Below, in pieces: positions 25,062 to 40,400 of a DNA stretch of 64,000 nucleotides. A program made the translations under genes and the position numbers. The DNA comes from the human T2T-CHM13v2.0 reference genome, Homo sapiens. Location: NCBI RefSeq assembly GCF_009914755.1, contig NC_060926.1. One strand, written 5' to 3'. Position 1 is the first letter of the stretch. The number at the start of each line of letters is the position of its first letter. The notes beneath the pieces are model-generated. The model ran no database searches and was not told the DNA's origin. It worked only from the letters and a program-made list of their open reading frames with translations.

Positions 25062-25122
25062 CCCATCTCTTCATGTATCTATATCTCTATGGGATATAGA
25101 TATAGATACATGAAGAGATGGG
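25062..25122. repeat. Perfect 25-bp inverted repeat with 11-nt loop
   Basis: CCCATCTCTTCATGTATCTATATCT / AGATATAGATACATGAAGAGATGGG. Confidence 0.95.
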
Positions 25123-25364
25123 TTATATACATATATACACACACACATACACACACTGTAAGGTTGCAATGAGCATCACAGCAGAGAAGGGACTGTATGC
25201 CTATCCCATCTTTTCTTTGCCCTCCCATATCTATCTCTCTACAACCTGTTCTCTGGCCATGCTAAACTATCAGGAAGTCTCATGAAATTCTCATGAAAGC
25301 CACTGGACTCTCACTTAAGCTGTTCAACCTGTCTGGATCACCCTTTCTCATTGTCTTCTTTCCC

Positions 25365-25459
25365 TGACTACTATCTAGTCATTCTCCTGACTACTATCTA
25401 GTCATTCAATGACTACTATCTAGTCATTCAAATATTCTCCTGACTACTATCTAGTCATT
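25365..25459. repeat. Four identical copies of the 19-mer TGACTACTATCTAGTCATT with 3-12 nt spacers
   Basis: Copies start at 25365, 25388, 25410 and 25441. Confidence 0.95.
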
Positions 25460-25673
25460 TTTCAGGGTAGTCCAGGCACCATCACTTAATGGAAGATTTT
25501 TCCAGACCTTCCTCCTCCCTTAACCCAATTCCCAGGCTGAATCAGGTGTGTTTTTGCCCAATTCCAACAACACATTGTGCATATGTCATTATGGCACTTA
25601 ATGTATTCTGTCATAACAGTATCTTTATCTCTCTCCTTATTACACTAGAGGCTTTGAGAAGGCGGACCATTCA

Positions 25674-26875
<1,202 letters not shown>

Positions 26876-27206
26876 CTACCTGAAAATATGCTTTTAAGAA
26901 GAAATCAGTCTCACTACTTTATTGTCATGCTTTATATTTTGATATCTGAATTAGTTCTTGCCAATTGATATTAATTACTAATTCATGATAGAAAAATCAA
27001 CTTAAAATATTAGCTACTAGATTTGTACACATGCTTCCTAAGACTATCTTAAAATATTTCAAAGTCAGATTTTGAAGTTCCAGCTTCTAGAAAAACATTT
27101 GAGAAAATTCAAATATTTTATTCAGATTCTAGTTCTTTTAAACCATAGTTTAACATTTAACATTTCATTTAAACGTTTCTTGTAAACCACAGTTCTCAGA
27201 ACATAC

Positions 27207-27361
27207 TTTCATTGCCAAACTCTCTCCAAGGGATGCAATATTCTCAGATTTTTTATCCAAACATGCTTGCAGGCATTCCTTTTCTTTAGCCAGATCATTG
27301 AGGGTTCCACCAAGAATGCTGATTTCTTCTCGCTGTGCAATATTTTGCCTTGTAAAGTTAT
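27207..27361 (-). CDS. TSGA10: TSGA10 coding exon (DNFTRQNIAQREEIS...GESLAMK)
   Basis: 155 nt, TAG|AT ... AAA|GTATGT, phase 1-0. Confidence 0.95.
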
Positions 27362-27959
27362 CTATGTATGCAATCATAAAAGTGTTGTTTTAATCAAAAT
27401 AAAATCTTTTTTCTATTTCAAGCAGATTATCGTACTTTTTGAACTTCTCCTTACTTCTAATATATATTATATTCAATTACTAACAATGAGTACTATATCC
27501 CAAATTAAAAAAATTTTTTTGGTTAAAAACTACAGTGAATCACAAAACTCTAAATGATGCATAAACACAAAAGCACAATAACAATGAATTAGAATAGTGA
27601 AGGAAAGCTCTACATCGCAAGCTGTCAAAGTAGACTTAATGTATGATGGGAAAAGAGAGAGTGGGTGGATGAAGTAAGTGGAATATCAAAACAATCTGCG
27701 GCATTTCTCTCCTGTAGTTTCCCCTCCCCTCCCTCTAGCCTAGAATCACTGTTGTATATAAAGTTGGTAAGTAACAAATCTTAATAAAATATTCAATTAA
27801 GTCATCTTTAAAGTAAAATGTCTTCTAATATTCTGGTATTTCTAAAGTAGTGTTATAAAAATTCCTAGGAAAAAAAATCATCCCAGGAAGTATGATTCAA
27901 TCTGTGAGAACTCTTGCAAGCCAGTGTCAACGTTGAAGGCCTGAATGATTGGTACAGAA

Positions 27960-28310
27960 GAATAGTTTTCAAATTGTGGTTTCTCAACCAGCACCATCAG
28001 CATCACCTGGGAAATGTACATTCTTATGCCTCCACTCCAGACCTACTGAATCAGAAATTCTGGGGGAGGGCACAGCAATTTATGCTTTAAAAACTCCTTC
28101 TTTCCCCAGTGATTCTAATGTATAATGAGGATTGAGAACCACTCGTCTAGAGGAGTTTACCTACTCTAGGTATTAGATTTACCTACAGAAACTGTTAGAG
28201 ACACAAAAGCTCTGGTTCTAGCCTACTTCAAGGAGGCTGGCTCCAGTGATCTTTATTAGCTCTCAAGGTGATTCTGACACAGATGAAAGTTTGAGAACCA
28301 CTGGTCTAGA
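27960..28310. mobile_element. MER5-like DNA transposon fragments
   Basis: CAGCATCACCTGGGAA, CCAGACCTACTGAATCAGAA and GTTTGAGAACCACTG motifs. Confidence 0.65.
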
Positions 28311-29829
28311 GCTCTACAAGGGAAGCTCTGTTAGACAGACTTCTAGGTTAATCCCTACTAGGTTAATAACTGTGAGGGCCATCCAGGAGCAGTGCTAAGG
28401 GAGATAATACCATATTGTCATATGCCAAAAGCTTGATCTATATAGTACTGGAGAATACACCATGTCTCTTTTTGCAGGCAGTATTGCCTTTAAGACAACC
28501 CACATGTTTTGTGTGTCCTGATATCTGAGTTCATTCCCACTGGCAATCAAACAATCAATACATCTCTAAAATAGCTCTAGTATCTCCTAGCTTAAAAAAA
28601 TTATCAACCTAACAGCCCACTCAAACTATTACCTTATTTTCTTGCTACCCTTTAATAGCCAAACTTCTTGAGAGACTTCTATTCTTTTCTGTCCTGACTT
28701 CACTTCCCATTTATTCCTCAACCCACTCTATCTTCTACATCCAACACTCCATTCAAACTTTTTTTTGGTGTTACCAAATCTTCCAATGTGCCAAATCCAA
28801 TCAATATTTTTCTTTAGCCTCACTTATTTCACTTCTCAAAAGTGTCTGACAATTGATCATATCCTCCCCTTTTAAAAACACTTCGCTTTCTGGTCTTCCA
28901 AAATAACACTCACTTCTGGGTCTTCTTCCTACTTCTTTGGCTTCTTGTTACTCAGTCCTGGATCCTCTTCTCATTCTCTATATTTCCCTAGGTAATTTCA
29001 CGGTTTTAAAATATCATTTATATGCTGATGTGTCCCAAATATGTATCTTTCTCTTCTGAGACACAAACTTAAATATTCAGCTGCTTACCTTAGATCTTTA
29101 TTGGGACTTAAAATACCCAAATGTGAGTTCTCCTTCAATATTATCTTTTATATTTCTGTTTTAATATTTCCCGGTTTGATAAATAGTATCTCCATCTACC
29201 TAGTTGGTTATACCAGACATTCTTGAACTATATAATAGCAAGTGTTAACAATATTTCCTCTGCTTTAAAATAGGCTCTTCTATAGCCCTGACCAAAATTT
29301 TACCCTGTAAGATTAAGTTAGGACCATATTTTCATACTGATCACTAACAAGAAACATAAATAAGAAACTTTAAAAAAGTAACTTTCTCTATAAACCCCAG
29401 TAATATCATAGACATAACTAACACTATCCCCTTGGTGATAAGTGAGTTCTCGCTAGACATAACTAAACATATGTACACTTTCCACCAAAAGTAATATATA
29501 GGTACTGTTTCATTACAGCAGCTATGGACAAGCTACAATATTACACAAAAAATTCAAATTTAAGTTATCATCGTAAGTTTACAAACTGTTGCTGCTGAGT
29601 TTAGCTATTACTTCATTGATAAATTTTAACTTATCACTAAGTACTTATGGTGCTAAATCTAAAAAATTTTGCTGTCAAAGAAAAATGAATTTCTCTACTA
29701 TTTTTTATTCATAAACTTAGTTAAGGGCTTGTTTCCAAGTTTTTCTATGTTATACTGAAGAGAAGAAAATACATCTTTGCTACCAAACTTAAGAAAAACT
29801 AAAAGTAATATTAAGAGAAAAAAACTCAC

Positions 29830-29945
29830 CAATTTTTTCATCCAAGCACATAATTTTCTCCTGAGTAAGCTGTAGCTCATATTTTTTCTTAGCAAGGTGT
29901 CGCTGAGTATCAGAAAGATCTTTTTCTGTGTTTTCATACAAAAGT
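29830..29945 (-). CDS. TSGA10: TSGA10 coding exon ([17 protein letters not shown]...IMCLDEKI)
   Basis: 116 nt, CAG|A ... G|GTGAGT, phase 2-1, matching the upstream exon across a 22.6-kb intron. Confidence 0.94.
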
Positions 29946-30440
29946 CTGCAAATATTTTAATAATAAAACTAATTCTGAAATTTTTGTTTTGTCATCTTGT
30001 AGTGTGTTTAAATCTAAAAACTTTTAAGGACACTAATATATTTATTTCCTCTTAATATTTTTATACAGTTTTAATATTTTCATTATAAAACCAGGAAGTT
30101 TAAAAAATAAAGGGTAAGAAGGGATCTTCAATCCACCACTCCAACATAAGCTACTATTAGCATTTTGGTCATAATACCTTCCTTAGGTCCCCTAATGCCA
30201 AATCAGAGCAATCAGATTAGGAACTACTATGTTAGCTCTGGTTGGGGTTTGTCTGTCTCAATAGCCTAGGGTTTTATGTTTTAATTCAGAAACAAGATGA
30301 GGCCATAGAGATGTCTGCAACACAGGAAATAGAACTAAGGTGTCCCATGTAAATATGGAGAGATATACCATTAGTGAGAAGGTCAGACTAGAGAAAAACA
30401 CCTTGTCAATTGCTGCTAGGCTCAGGAAAATAATAACAAC

Positions 30441-31080
30441 TGTAATGCCTAACCTTGTTTTTTACTAACTCTATTTTTAAATTTTCCCTTTTTGTCTCCT
30501 TAACTACCTAGCCTTGTTTCCCATATAAATAAGACTCTCCCTTAGCTGGGAAAGCCGGACAAACTCCATTTGGCCCCTTGATTTACAAGACATTAAGGGC
30601 TCCTTACCCGACCCCCTTCCTCAAGGAGTTAACCTGTGTAAGCAGACCCTCAGCATTTCAAAGGAGCCAAATTAACTGATAAGGTACTGGAACAAACAAT
30701 GTGTGAAGTTCCCAGGATTTTGCTCAAAAAGATAACAACATAAAGCCTTGAGTCTGTGTCCAGCATAGCATCCATATCTAACAAAGGATTTAGAGCCCCG
30801 CACCTGGTTCCGTTGCTTTTTTTTGTAACCATTTGCCTTTTAAATTGTTAATCTCTCTGTAACCATTTGTTTTTTTGATTCTTGCATGTTTTTACTTCTG
30901 TAGAATTATTGCATTTGAGCTCCCCTCCCCTTCCTAAACTAAGGTATAAAGTTAATCAAGCCCCTTCCTCGAGGCTGAGAGAATTTTGAGCGTTAGCCGT
31001 CTCTTTGGCCGCCGGCTTAATAAAGGACTCTTAATTCGTCTCAAAGTGTGGCGTTTTCTCTAACTCGCTTGGGTATAACA
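30441..31080 (+). mobile_element. Solo ERV1 LTR, LTR6-like (HERV-S71/HERV-T group)
   Basis: TG...CA termini, 4-bp TSD CAAC (30437-30440 and 31081-31084), TATA-like GTATAAA near 30944, AATAAA near 31019. Confidence 0.85.
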
Positions 31081-32784
31081 CAACAAAGAGTCTTAATCTC
31101 AATCTAAGCATCAAAATAAAATTTGGTTCCCGATTGGTCATATAATCAGGAACCCCTTGCAAAACTCTGGAGGCATGCTCTCAACCCAAGCACAGAACTA
31201 ACCCCAGACAAAGGCCTATGGAAAAGGATCTCATAATTCAAAATTTAAAAATACATCAAGAAACAATCCAACCTTAGTGGGAGTCAAAAGACACACAAAC
31301 TAAATTAGATCCCTAAGAACTTCAGACTACAGCACTATCAAATAGAAACTTAGAAATACATGTGTTTAAATACAAACACATAAAATAATAGGATATATAA
31401 AGAAAAAAATAATCAACAAATTTGGAAAAGAACCAAATAGAACTTCACAAAATTAAACTAACATCAAAATTTTAAAGATTACAAAACTCAGTGGACAAGT
31501 TAAAAATACAGAATAGACACTGTGAAAGAGATAACTGGTAAACTGGGGGAAAAAACAGATCAGAGGTCCTATATTAGAGCACAAATAAAACAATGAAAAA
31601 ATACAAAATAGAGGTTAACAGACATAAAAGACAGAATAAGAAGGTCCAATATTTACCAAATCAAAATCCCAGTAGGGAAGAATAAAGACAATATTCAACA
31701 AAATAATACCTAATAAAAGATGAAATCCAAGACTAAAGAGGTATTAACCTGTATCTATTAAGACAATTATAAATGGGGGAGGATAAAAGGACTTAAAAGG
31801 AGACAAGATTTCTATACTTTATGCAAACTGATAAAATGTGACACCAGTGGATCGTGATAAGTAAGTACAATTCACAGAGCAACCACTGAAAAATCTATAG
31901 ACACTCAAAAATACTACAGATATCAAAAATGGGATTCTAAAAAATGTCAAGTAATCCATGAAAAGGCAGGAAAACAAAAACAGAGACATGAGAAACAGAG
32001 GAAAGAAACAAACGAAAAACACCCCCAAAAAATAACATGGAGAATTGAGCCCTACCAATAATTATATTAAATGCATATGGTCTACCTTATTTTTAACAGC
32101 CAAAACCTGGAAAAAATCAAAATGTCCCTCACCAGGTGAATAGCTGAACAAATTATGGTACATTCATACTATGGAATGTTACTCAGCAATATTAAAAAGT
32201 AGCAAAATTTAATACTTGGCTGGATCTCAATGGCATTATTCTGAGTTTTCAAGCGAATCTTGAAAATCATGGCTGTATGACTCTTCCTATAACATTCTTG
32301 AAATGACAAAATTACAGAGTTGGACAACAGATTAGTGTCAGATATTAGGGATCATGGTGGGGGAAGAGGAGATGTGACTGTAAAGGAGTAGCATGAGGGA
32401 TATTTTTGCGGTAATAGACTTTCCGTGTCTTGAATGTGGTAGTAGTTACATGAAACTACATATGTGATAAAATGACAGAACTATGCACACACATTGTACC
32501 AATGTCAATTTTCTGGCTTTGATATTGTACTATAGTGATATAAAATGTAATCATTGTGGGAAAGTGGGTGACGGGAATACATCGACTTATCTGTATATTT
32601 TTGTAACTTCCTACAAATTATGAAATTATTTTAAAGCAGCAAAACAAAAAAAAGTCCTAGAGTTAGGCTGCACAATTATGCCAATTAAATTAAAATCTCT
32701 GGGAATGAGAATTAACATCACTATTGTTTTTTAAAGCTCCTCATTTGATTCTAATATGCAGCCAAGGCTGTTAAGGAATGCATC

Positions 32785-33204
32785 TGATATGGTTTGGATG
32801 TTTGTCCGCTACAAATCTCATGTTGAAATGTGATTTCCAATGTTGGAAGTGGGGCCTGGGGAAGAGATGACTGGATCACGGGGGCAGGTCCCTCATGAAT
32901 GGTTTAACACTATCCCCTTGGTGATAAGTGAGATCTCGCTAGTTAGTTCACATGAGATCTGGCTGTTCAAAGAAATCTGGGACCTCCCCTTTTCTCTTGC
33001 TCCTGCCCTTGTCATGTGATGCACTGGCTCCCCCTTTGCTTTCCACCAAGATGGCAAGCTGTCTCGTGCCCTCACCAGAAGCAAATGCCAGCACCATGCT
33101 TCCTGTACAGCCTGCAGAACCATAAGCTAAAATAAATTTCCTTTCTTTTAAAATGACCCACACTCAGGTATTTCTTTATGGCAACACAAGAATAGACTAA
33201 TAGA
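32785..33204 (+). mobile_element. MaLR solo LTR (MSTB-like)
   Basis: TGATATGGTTTGGATG start, ACTAATA[G]A end, near-TSD GCATC/GCCTC. Confidence 0.85.
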
Positions 33205-33516
33205 GCCTCCTGATGTCTCTTCATCTAGGGTAGCAAAGGGTGAAAAACTGACAAAGCAGGTGTATATGAGGCAGAAAGTGATAGTGGTTTTATGGCATCA
33301 GCGTCTCTCCCATCCCCCCATACCATGAACTCAAAGAGGCTGATATTGTTAGTCACCCAAAAGCATTGTTTTACACAATAACTTATATCTCCATGGCAAA
33401 ATGTGTCCCAGGGCCAAAATTATAAGACATTTGAGATGGCCAGTCATTTAAAAACGAAACAAAACACACTGATTACAAAATCAAGCAGAAGCTGGTATAT
33501 TAGAATAAGTGCATCC

Positions 33517-34201
<685 letters not shown>

Positions 34202-35419
34202 GTTTTTTTGGAGGTTCTAGAAAAATTTAAAAAACTAAAAGACACTGCTAGATATTATCAATATGAAAAAAGACAAGGAAAAAAGTTACAAATAACAGTT
34301 ATAAGAAATGTAGTAGATGAAGTTAAAAAAATACATGTTGTAAATAGTAGAATGGATACACTTGATAAATGAATTAGCACACTGACAACAAATTGAAGAA
34401 ATTTCAGTAGAAGGATAAACAAATAGAAAACAAGAAATAAATGTAGAAGACTTACCAAAGCTGACTTTGAGACTTACTACAGTATTCAAGATGGTATGGC
34501 ATTAGTCTACGGATCAACAGACTAATAAAGCAGAATACAGAGCACAGAAATAGACCACAGATATATGGTCAATCGATTTTCAATAAATACACCAAAGCAA
34601 TCCAATGGGGAAAGGAAACAATTGGTGCTAAAACAACTGCATTGCCCTGAGTGATGAAATATTCTGTACAACAAACACCCATGACAGGGGTTTACCTACA
34701 TAACAAACCTATACATGTACCCCTCAACTTAAAAGTTGAAAAGTAAAATAAAATGAACAAAAACAAACCAAAAAACACAATTGTATTCTTTTGTGGAAAA
34801 AAAAGAACTCTGACCACTACATGACACCATACACGAAAAACCTAACCATAAAATGTAAAATTACAATGCTTTTGGAGAAAGCATAAACATGTATGTTAAA
34901 AGTTTTAACCAATCCTGGTAATCAAATCCAACCAAATCAGAATCTACTATGACCAAGTGGGGTTTACCCAGGCATGCCAGGTTGGTTTACAATTTGAAAA
35001 CTAAAAATTAATCAATAATAACTCATCATATTAACAGACTGATAAAGAAATAATTATGATCATATCAACAGATGCAGAATAAGCATTTGACAAAATCCAA
35101 TATCCATTCTTAATAAGAACACTCAGCAAATTACAAATAGAAGACACTTTTTCCAATCTCATAATAGGCATCTATGAAAAGCTTATTGCTGACGTTACAA
35201 AGATGAAAGGCTGAATTGCTTTCCTTCCAAAACCAGGAACAAAACAAGGATGACTGTTCTCATTCTTCTGTTGAACACTGTACCAGAGGTTCTACCAAGT
35301 AAATAAGGAAAGAAAAAGAAACACAAGGCATTAAGATTAGAAAAGAAGCAAAACTCTTAATTCACAGGTGACATGATAATCTACATAGGAAATCCTATAA
35401 AATCTACCAAAAAACTGAG

Positions 35420-36260
<841 letters not shown>

Positions 36261-36753
36261 AATACTAAAATTTTTTGTTCATCAAAAACAAAGCAATTAC
36301 AAGCAAAAAACAAGCCACAGACTAGTTTAAAAAAATCATACATTTCAGATAAACGGCTTCTACAATAATGCCTACAAATAAACAATAAAAACCACCAAGC
36401 AAAAAAATGAGCAATAGAACTGAACAGACACTTAACAAAAGAAGATATATAAATGGCACACAAACAGGCACTCAACATCATTAGGAATCAAGAAAATACA
36501 GATTAAAACCACACAATTATACCTCTTTACATCCAGTAAAATGGCTAAAATTAGAGACTGAAAACACTAAATGTTGCTAAGGATATGGATGGAACAAAGT
36601 AAACTCTTATACAACCTTTCTCACATGGGGTTCTGTGGGAGAAAGAACTAGATAAAATTAATTCAGTGACTATTTTCTCAATTCTCTCAAGGATAGCCCA
36701 AAGCTAGTACAATTCTAGACTCCTATGAATCTAAGAGAGATGATAATTCGGTG

Positions 36754-37064
36754 TAGTAGTCCCCTCTTATCTGTGGTTTCTCTTTCTGTGGTTTCAGTTA
36801 CCCACAGTCAACTGAAAACAGAGAGACCACATTCACATGACTTTTACAATATGTGGTTATAATTAGTTATTGTTGTTATATTTTATTATTAGTTATTGTT
36901 GTTAATCTCTTACTGCACCTAATTTATAAATTAAATATTATCATAGGTATGTATATTTAGGAAAAAACACATAGTACATATAGGGTTCAGTATTAATATC
37001 TGTGGTTTCAGGCATCCACTGAGGGTCTTGGGACATATCCCCCCTCGATAAGAGGGGACTACTA
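36754..37064. mobile_element. MER44-like (Tigger family) DNA transposon relic
   Basis: Terminal inverted repeats TAGTAGTCCCCTCTTATC / GATAAGAGGGGACTACTA. Confidence 0.75.
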
Positions 37065-37429
37065 TACATACAATAGGTATCTTAGCAAATTAGAACTCAG
37101 TTCTCATTCTCTCTGAAAGGCCTGATTTAAAAGGGCTGCATTATAAATTGTTACTGGGACTGTAAAATCACACAATCACGTGGAAAACTGATCATTCCTT
37201 ATGAAATTAAATGCATGCTTACCATGTAACCCAATAATTCCACTCTTATTTATTCAAGAGAATAAAAACATATGCCCATAAAAGGCATATGCAAAAATTT
37301 TACAGCAGTCTTATTCATGAATTACAGCTAAAAGTGGGTGACTAATCCAAATATCTATCAACAAAGTATTAATAAAAGCATGTGGTTTATCTATACTATG
37401 GACTACTACTTCACAATTTTAAAAAAGGA

Positions 37430-40400
37430 TTGTGGTGGGGAAAATGGCAGATAGGAGGCAGGACTAATTTGAAGCTCTCACTCAGACGAACAAAGCAGTG
37501 TGTGGAGACTCACGTTGTGAACTTTTGCTTCAAGAACTACAGAAGGAACATACTAGGAAAGCCGAGAGAATCCACAGACCCTTTGAAGGAAGAGGATTGC
37601 TCCTGCAGGACCTGAGAGACAGCCCACATAATTTGAGTGCCCAAAGTGGGAAAGTGGGAAATGGGGATCATCCACCCCTGAACACACACCTTCACTGGGG
37701 AAAGTGAAGGTCCAGATCACGGGAGAAGGATTTGACCTTACCTGGAGCTGAGATACTTTAGAGAGCCAAGCGAAATACAGGAGTAGAGTAAGCAGCGGGA
37801 AGAGCCCTGTGGGCTCTCTCAGTCCCCAGGGAAGCCATCTCTGACATTGTCTCACAGGGGTCCTTGGGGAGGGCTGCCAGAGGAACTGGGAAAAGACCAC
37901 AGGGAGAAGGAAACTTCCAACTGAATTTTGTAACAATTCCAACCAAATGTGAACTTTCTTGGACAGAACTCAGGGAAAGAGGTGAAGCTCAAGTGCAGAT
38001 GCAGGCAGGAGGGGTGGCACAAAACCTGAAAGCCCTGCTTGCTTTCTCAGCTGGGAGGCTGGTAGCCTGGGGCAAGTTCTCAGCCCTGCTTGCCCACTGC
38101 CTGGAAACAAACTTGGTGTTGTTGGTGGGGAGGGCACAGTGGGAGTGAGATTGGCCTTTTGGGTTGCATGGGAGCTGGGTGAGGCCTGTAATTGCTGGCT
38201 TTCCCCCACTTCCCTAGTGACCTGCATGACACAGGAGAGGCAGCCATAATCCTCCTGGGAGCATAACTCCCTTGACCTGGGAACCACACTCCCATCCCCC
38301 AGAGCAGTGGTAGCAAGCCCCACCCAAGGAGAATCTAAGCTCTGACATGACTAACCCTGCCCCACCTGAGGGTCTTCCTCTATCCACCTGGTAGCTGAAG
38401 ACAAAGGTCATATTCTCTTGGGAGTTCTGGGGCCCCACTCACCACCTGATCCTCCCTATACTACCATAGCTGATGCTCTCTTGAAAGTGCCACCTCCTGG
38501 CAGGAGGCCAACCAGCACAAAACCAGTGCAATAAACAACAATAATACAACCAAGGACCCTCACAGAGTCCATTTCACTCCCCTGCCACCTCCACCAGAGC
38601 AGGTGCTGCTATCTATGGCTGAGAGACCAGAAGATGGTTCATATCACAGGACTCTGTACAAACACCCCCCAGTACCAGCCCAGAACCTGGTAGACCCACT
38701 AGGTGGCTAGATACAGAAGAGAAATAACAATCACACAGTTTGGCTATCAGGAAGCCACATCCCTCTAGGAAGAGAGAGAGAATACTACATCAAGGGAGTA
38801 CCCCATGGGACAAAAGAATCTGAACAGCAGCCCCTGAGCCCCAGATCTTCCCTCTGACATAGCCTACCCAAATGAGAAGGAACAAGAAAAACAATTCTGG
38901 TAATATGACAAAACAAAGTTCTTTAACACCCTCAAAAAATCACACTAGCTCACCAGCAATGGATCCAAACCAAGAAGAAATCCCTTTTAGATTTCTTCTT
39001 GCCAGAAAAAGAATTCAGAAGGTCAGTTATTAAGCTAATCAAGGAGGCACCAGAAAAGGGCAAAGTGTAATTTAATGAAATAAAAAAATGATACAAGATA
39101 TGAGGGAAGAAATCTTCAGTGAAATAGGTAGTATAAATAAAAAACAATCACAACTTCTGGAAATCAAGGGCACACAGAAATGCAAAATGCACTGGAAAGT
39201 CTCAGCAATAGAACTGAACAAACAGAATAAAAAACTTTAGAGCTTGAAGACAAGATTTTCAAAATAACCCAATCCAACAAAGACAAAGAAAAAAGAATTT
39301 TAAAAAAATGAACAAAGCTTCCAAGAAGTTTTGGATTATGTTAAACAACCAAACCTAAAAATAACTGGCATCCTGCGGAAGAAGAGAAATCTAAAAGCAT
39401 GGGAAACGTATTTGGGGGAATAATTGAAGAAAACTTCCCTAGCCTTGCTAGAGACCTAGACATCCAAATACAAGAAGCTCAAAGAACACCTGGGAAATTC
39501 ATCACAAAAAGATCATCACCTAGGCACATAGTCATCAGGATATCTAAAGGCAAGACAAAGAAAAGAATATTAAGAGCTGTGAGGCAAAAGCATGAGCTAA
39601 CCTATAAAGGAAAACCTTTCAGATTAACAGCAAATTTCTCAGCAGAAACCCTACTAGCTAGAAGGAATTGTTGTCCTATCTTCAGCCTCCTTAAACAAAA
39701 CAATTGTCAGCCATTAATTTTGTATCCAGTGAAACTAAGCTTCATACATGAAGGAAAGAGTCTTTTTCAGACAAACAAATGCAGAGAGAATATACCACTA
39801 CCAAGCCAGCACTACAAAGAACTGCAAAACGAGCTCTAAATCTTGAAACAAATCCTCAATATACATCAAACAGAACCTCCTTAAAGCATAAATCTCACAG
39901 GACCTATAAAACAACACAGTAAGTAAATACATACATGCATGCATGCATACATACATACATAAATACCAAGGTATTCAGGCAGTAAATAGCACAATGAATA
40001 GAATAGTGTGTCACATCTCAATAGAAACATTGAATGTAAATGGCCTAAATGCTCCACTTAAAAGATACAGAATGGCAGAATTGATAATTCACTGAACAAG
40101 TATCTGCTGCTTTCAAGAGACTCACCTAACACATAAGAATCCACATAAACTTAAGGTAAAGGGGTGGAAAAAGACATTCCATGCTAATGGACACCAAAAG
40201 CAAGCAAGAGTAGCTATTCTTATATCAGACAAACAAATTTGAAAACAACAGCAGTTGAAAAAGACAAAGAGGGACATTATATAATGATAAAAGGCCTTGT
40301 CCAACAGGAAGGTATCACAATCTTAAATATAGAACAGTTACTACTAAACCTAATAATTGACATAGACAGAAGCACAATAATAGTGGGGGACTTCAATACT

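Noticed and set aside
25365-25459. Palindromic direct repeats resembling a CRISPR array
   Set aside because: Spacers are only 3-12 nt and derived from flanking sequence, there are no cas genes, and the context is a primate intron
29698-29937. 79-aa minus-strand ORF over a TSGA10 exon
   Set aside because: It is an alternative frame; the splice phases fit a different frame ([10 protein letters not shown]...)
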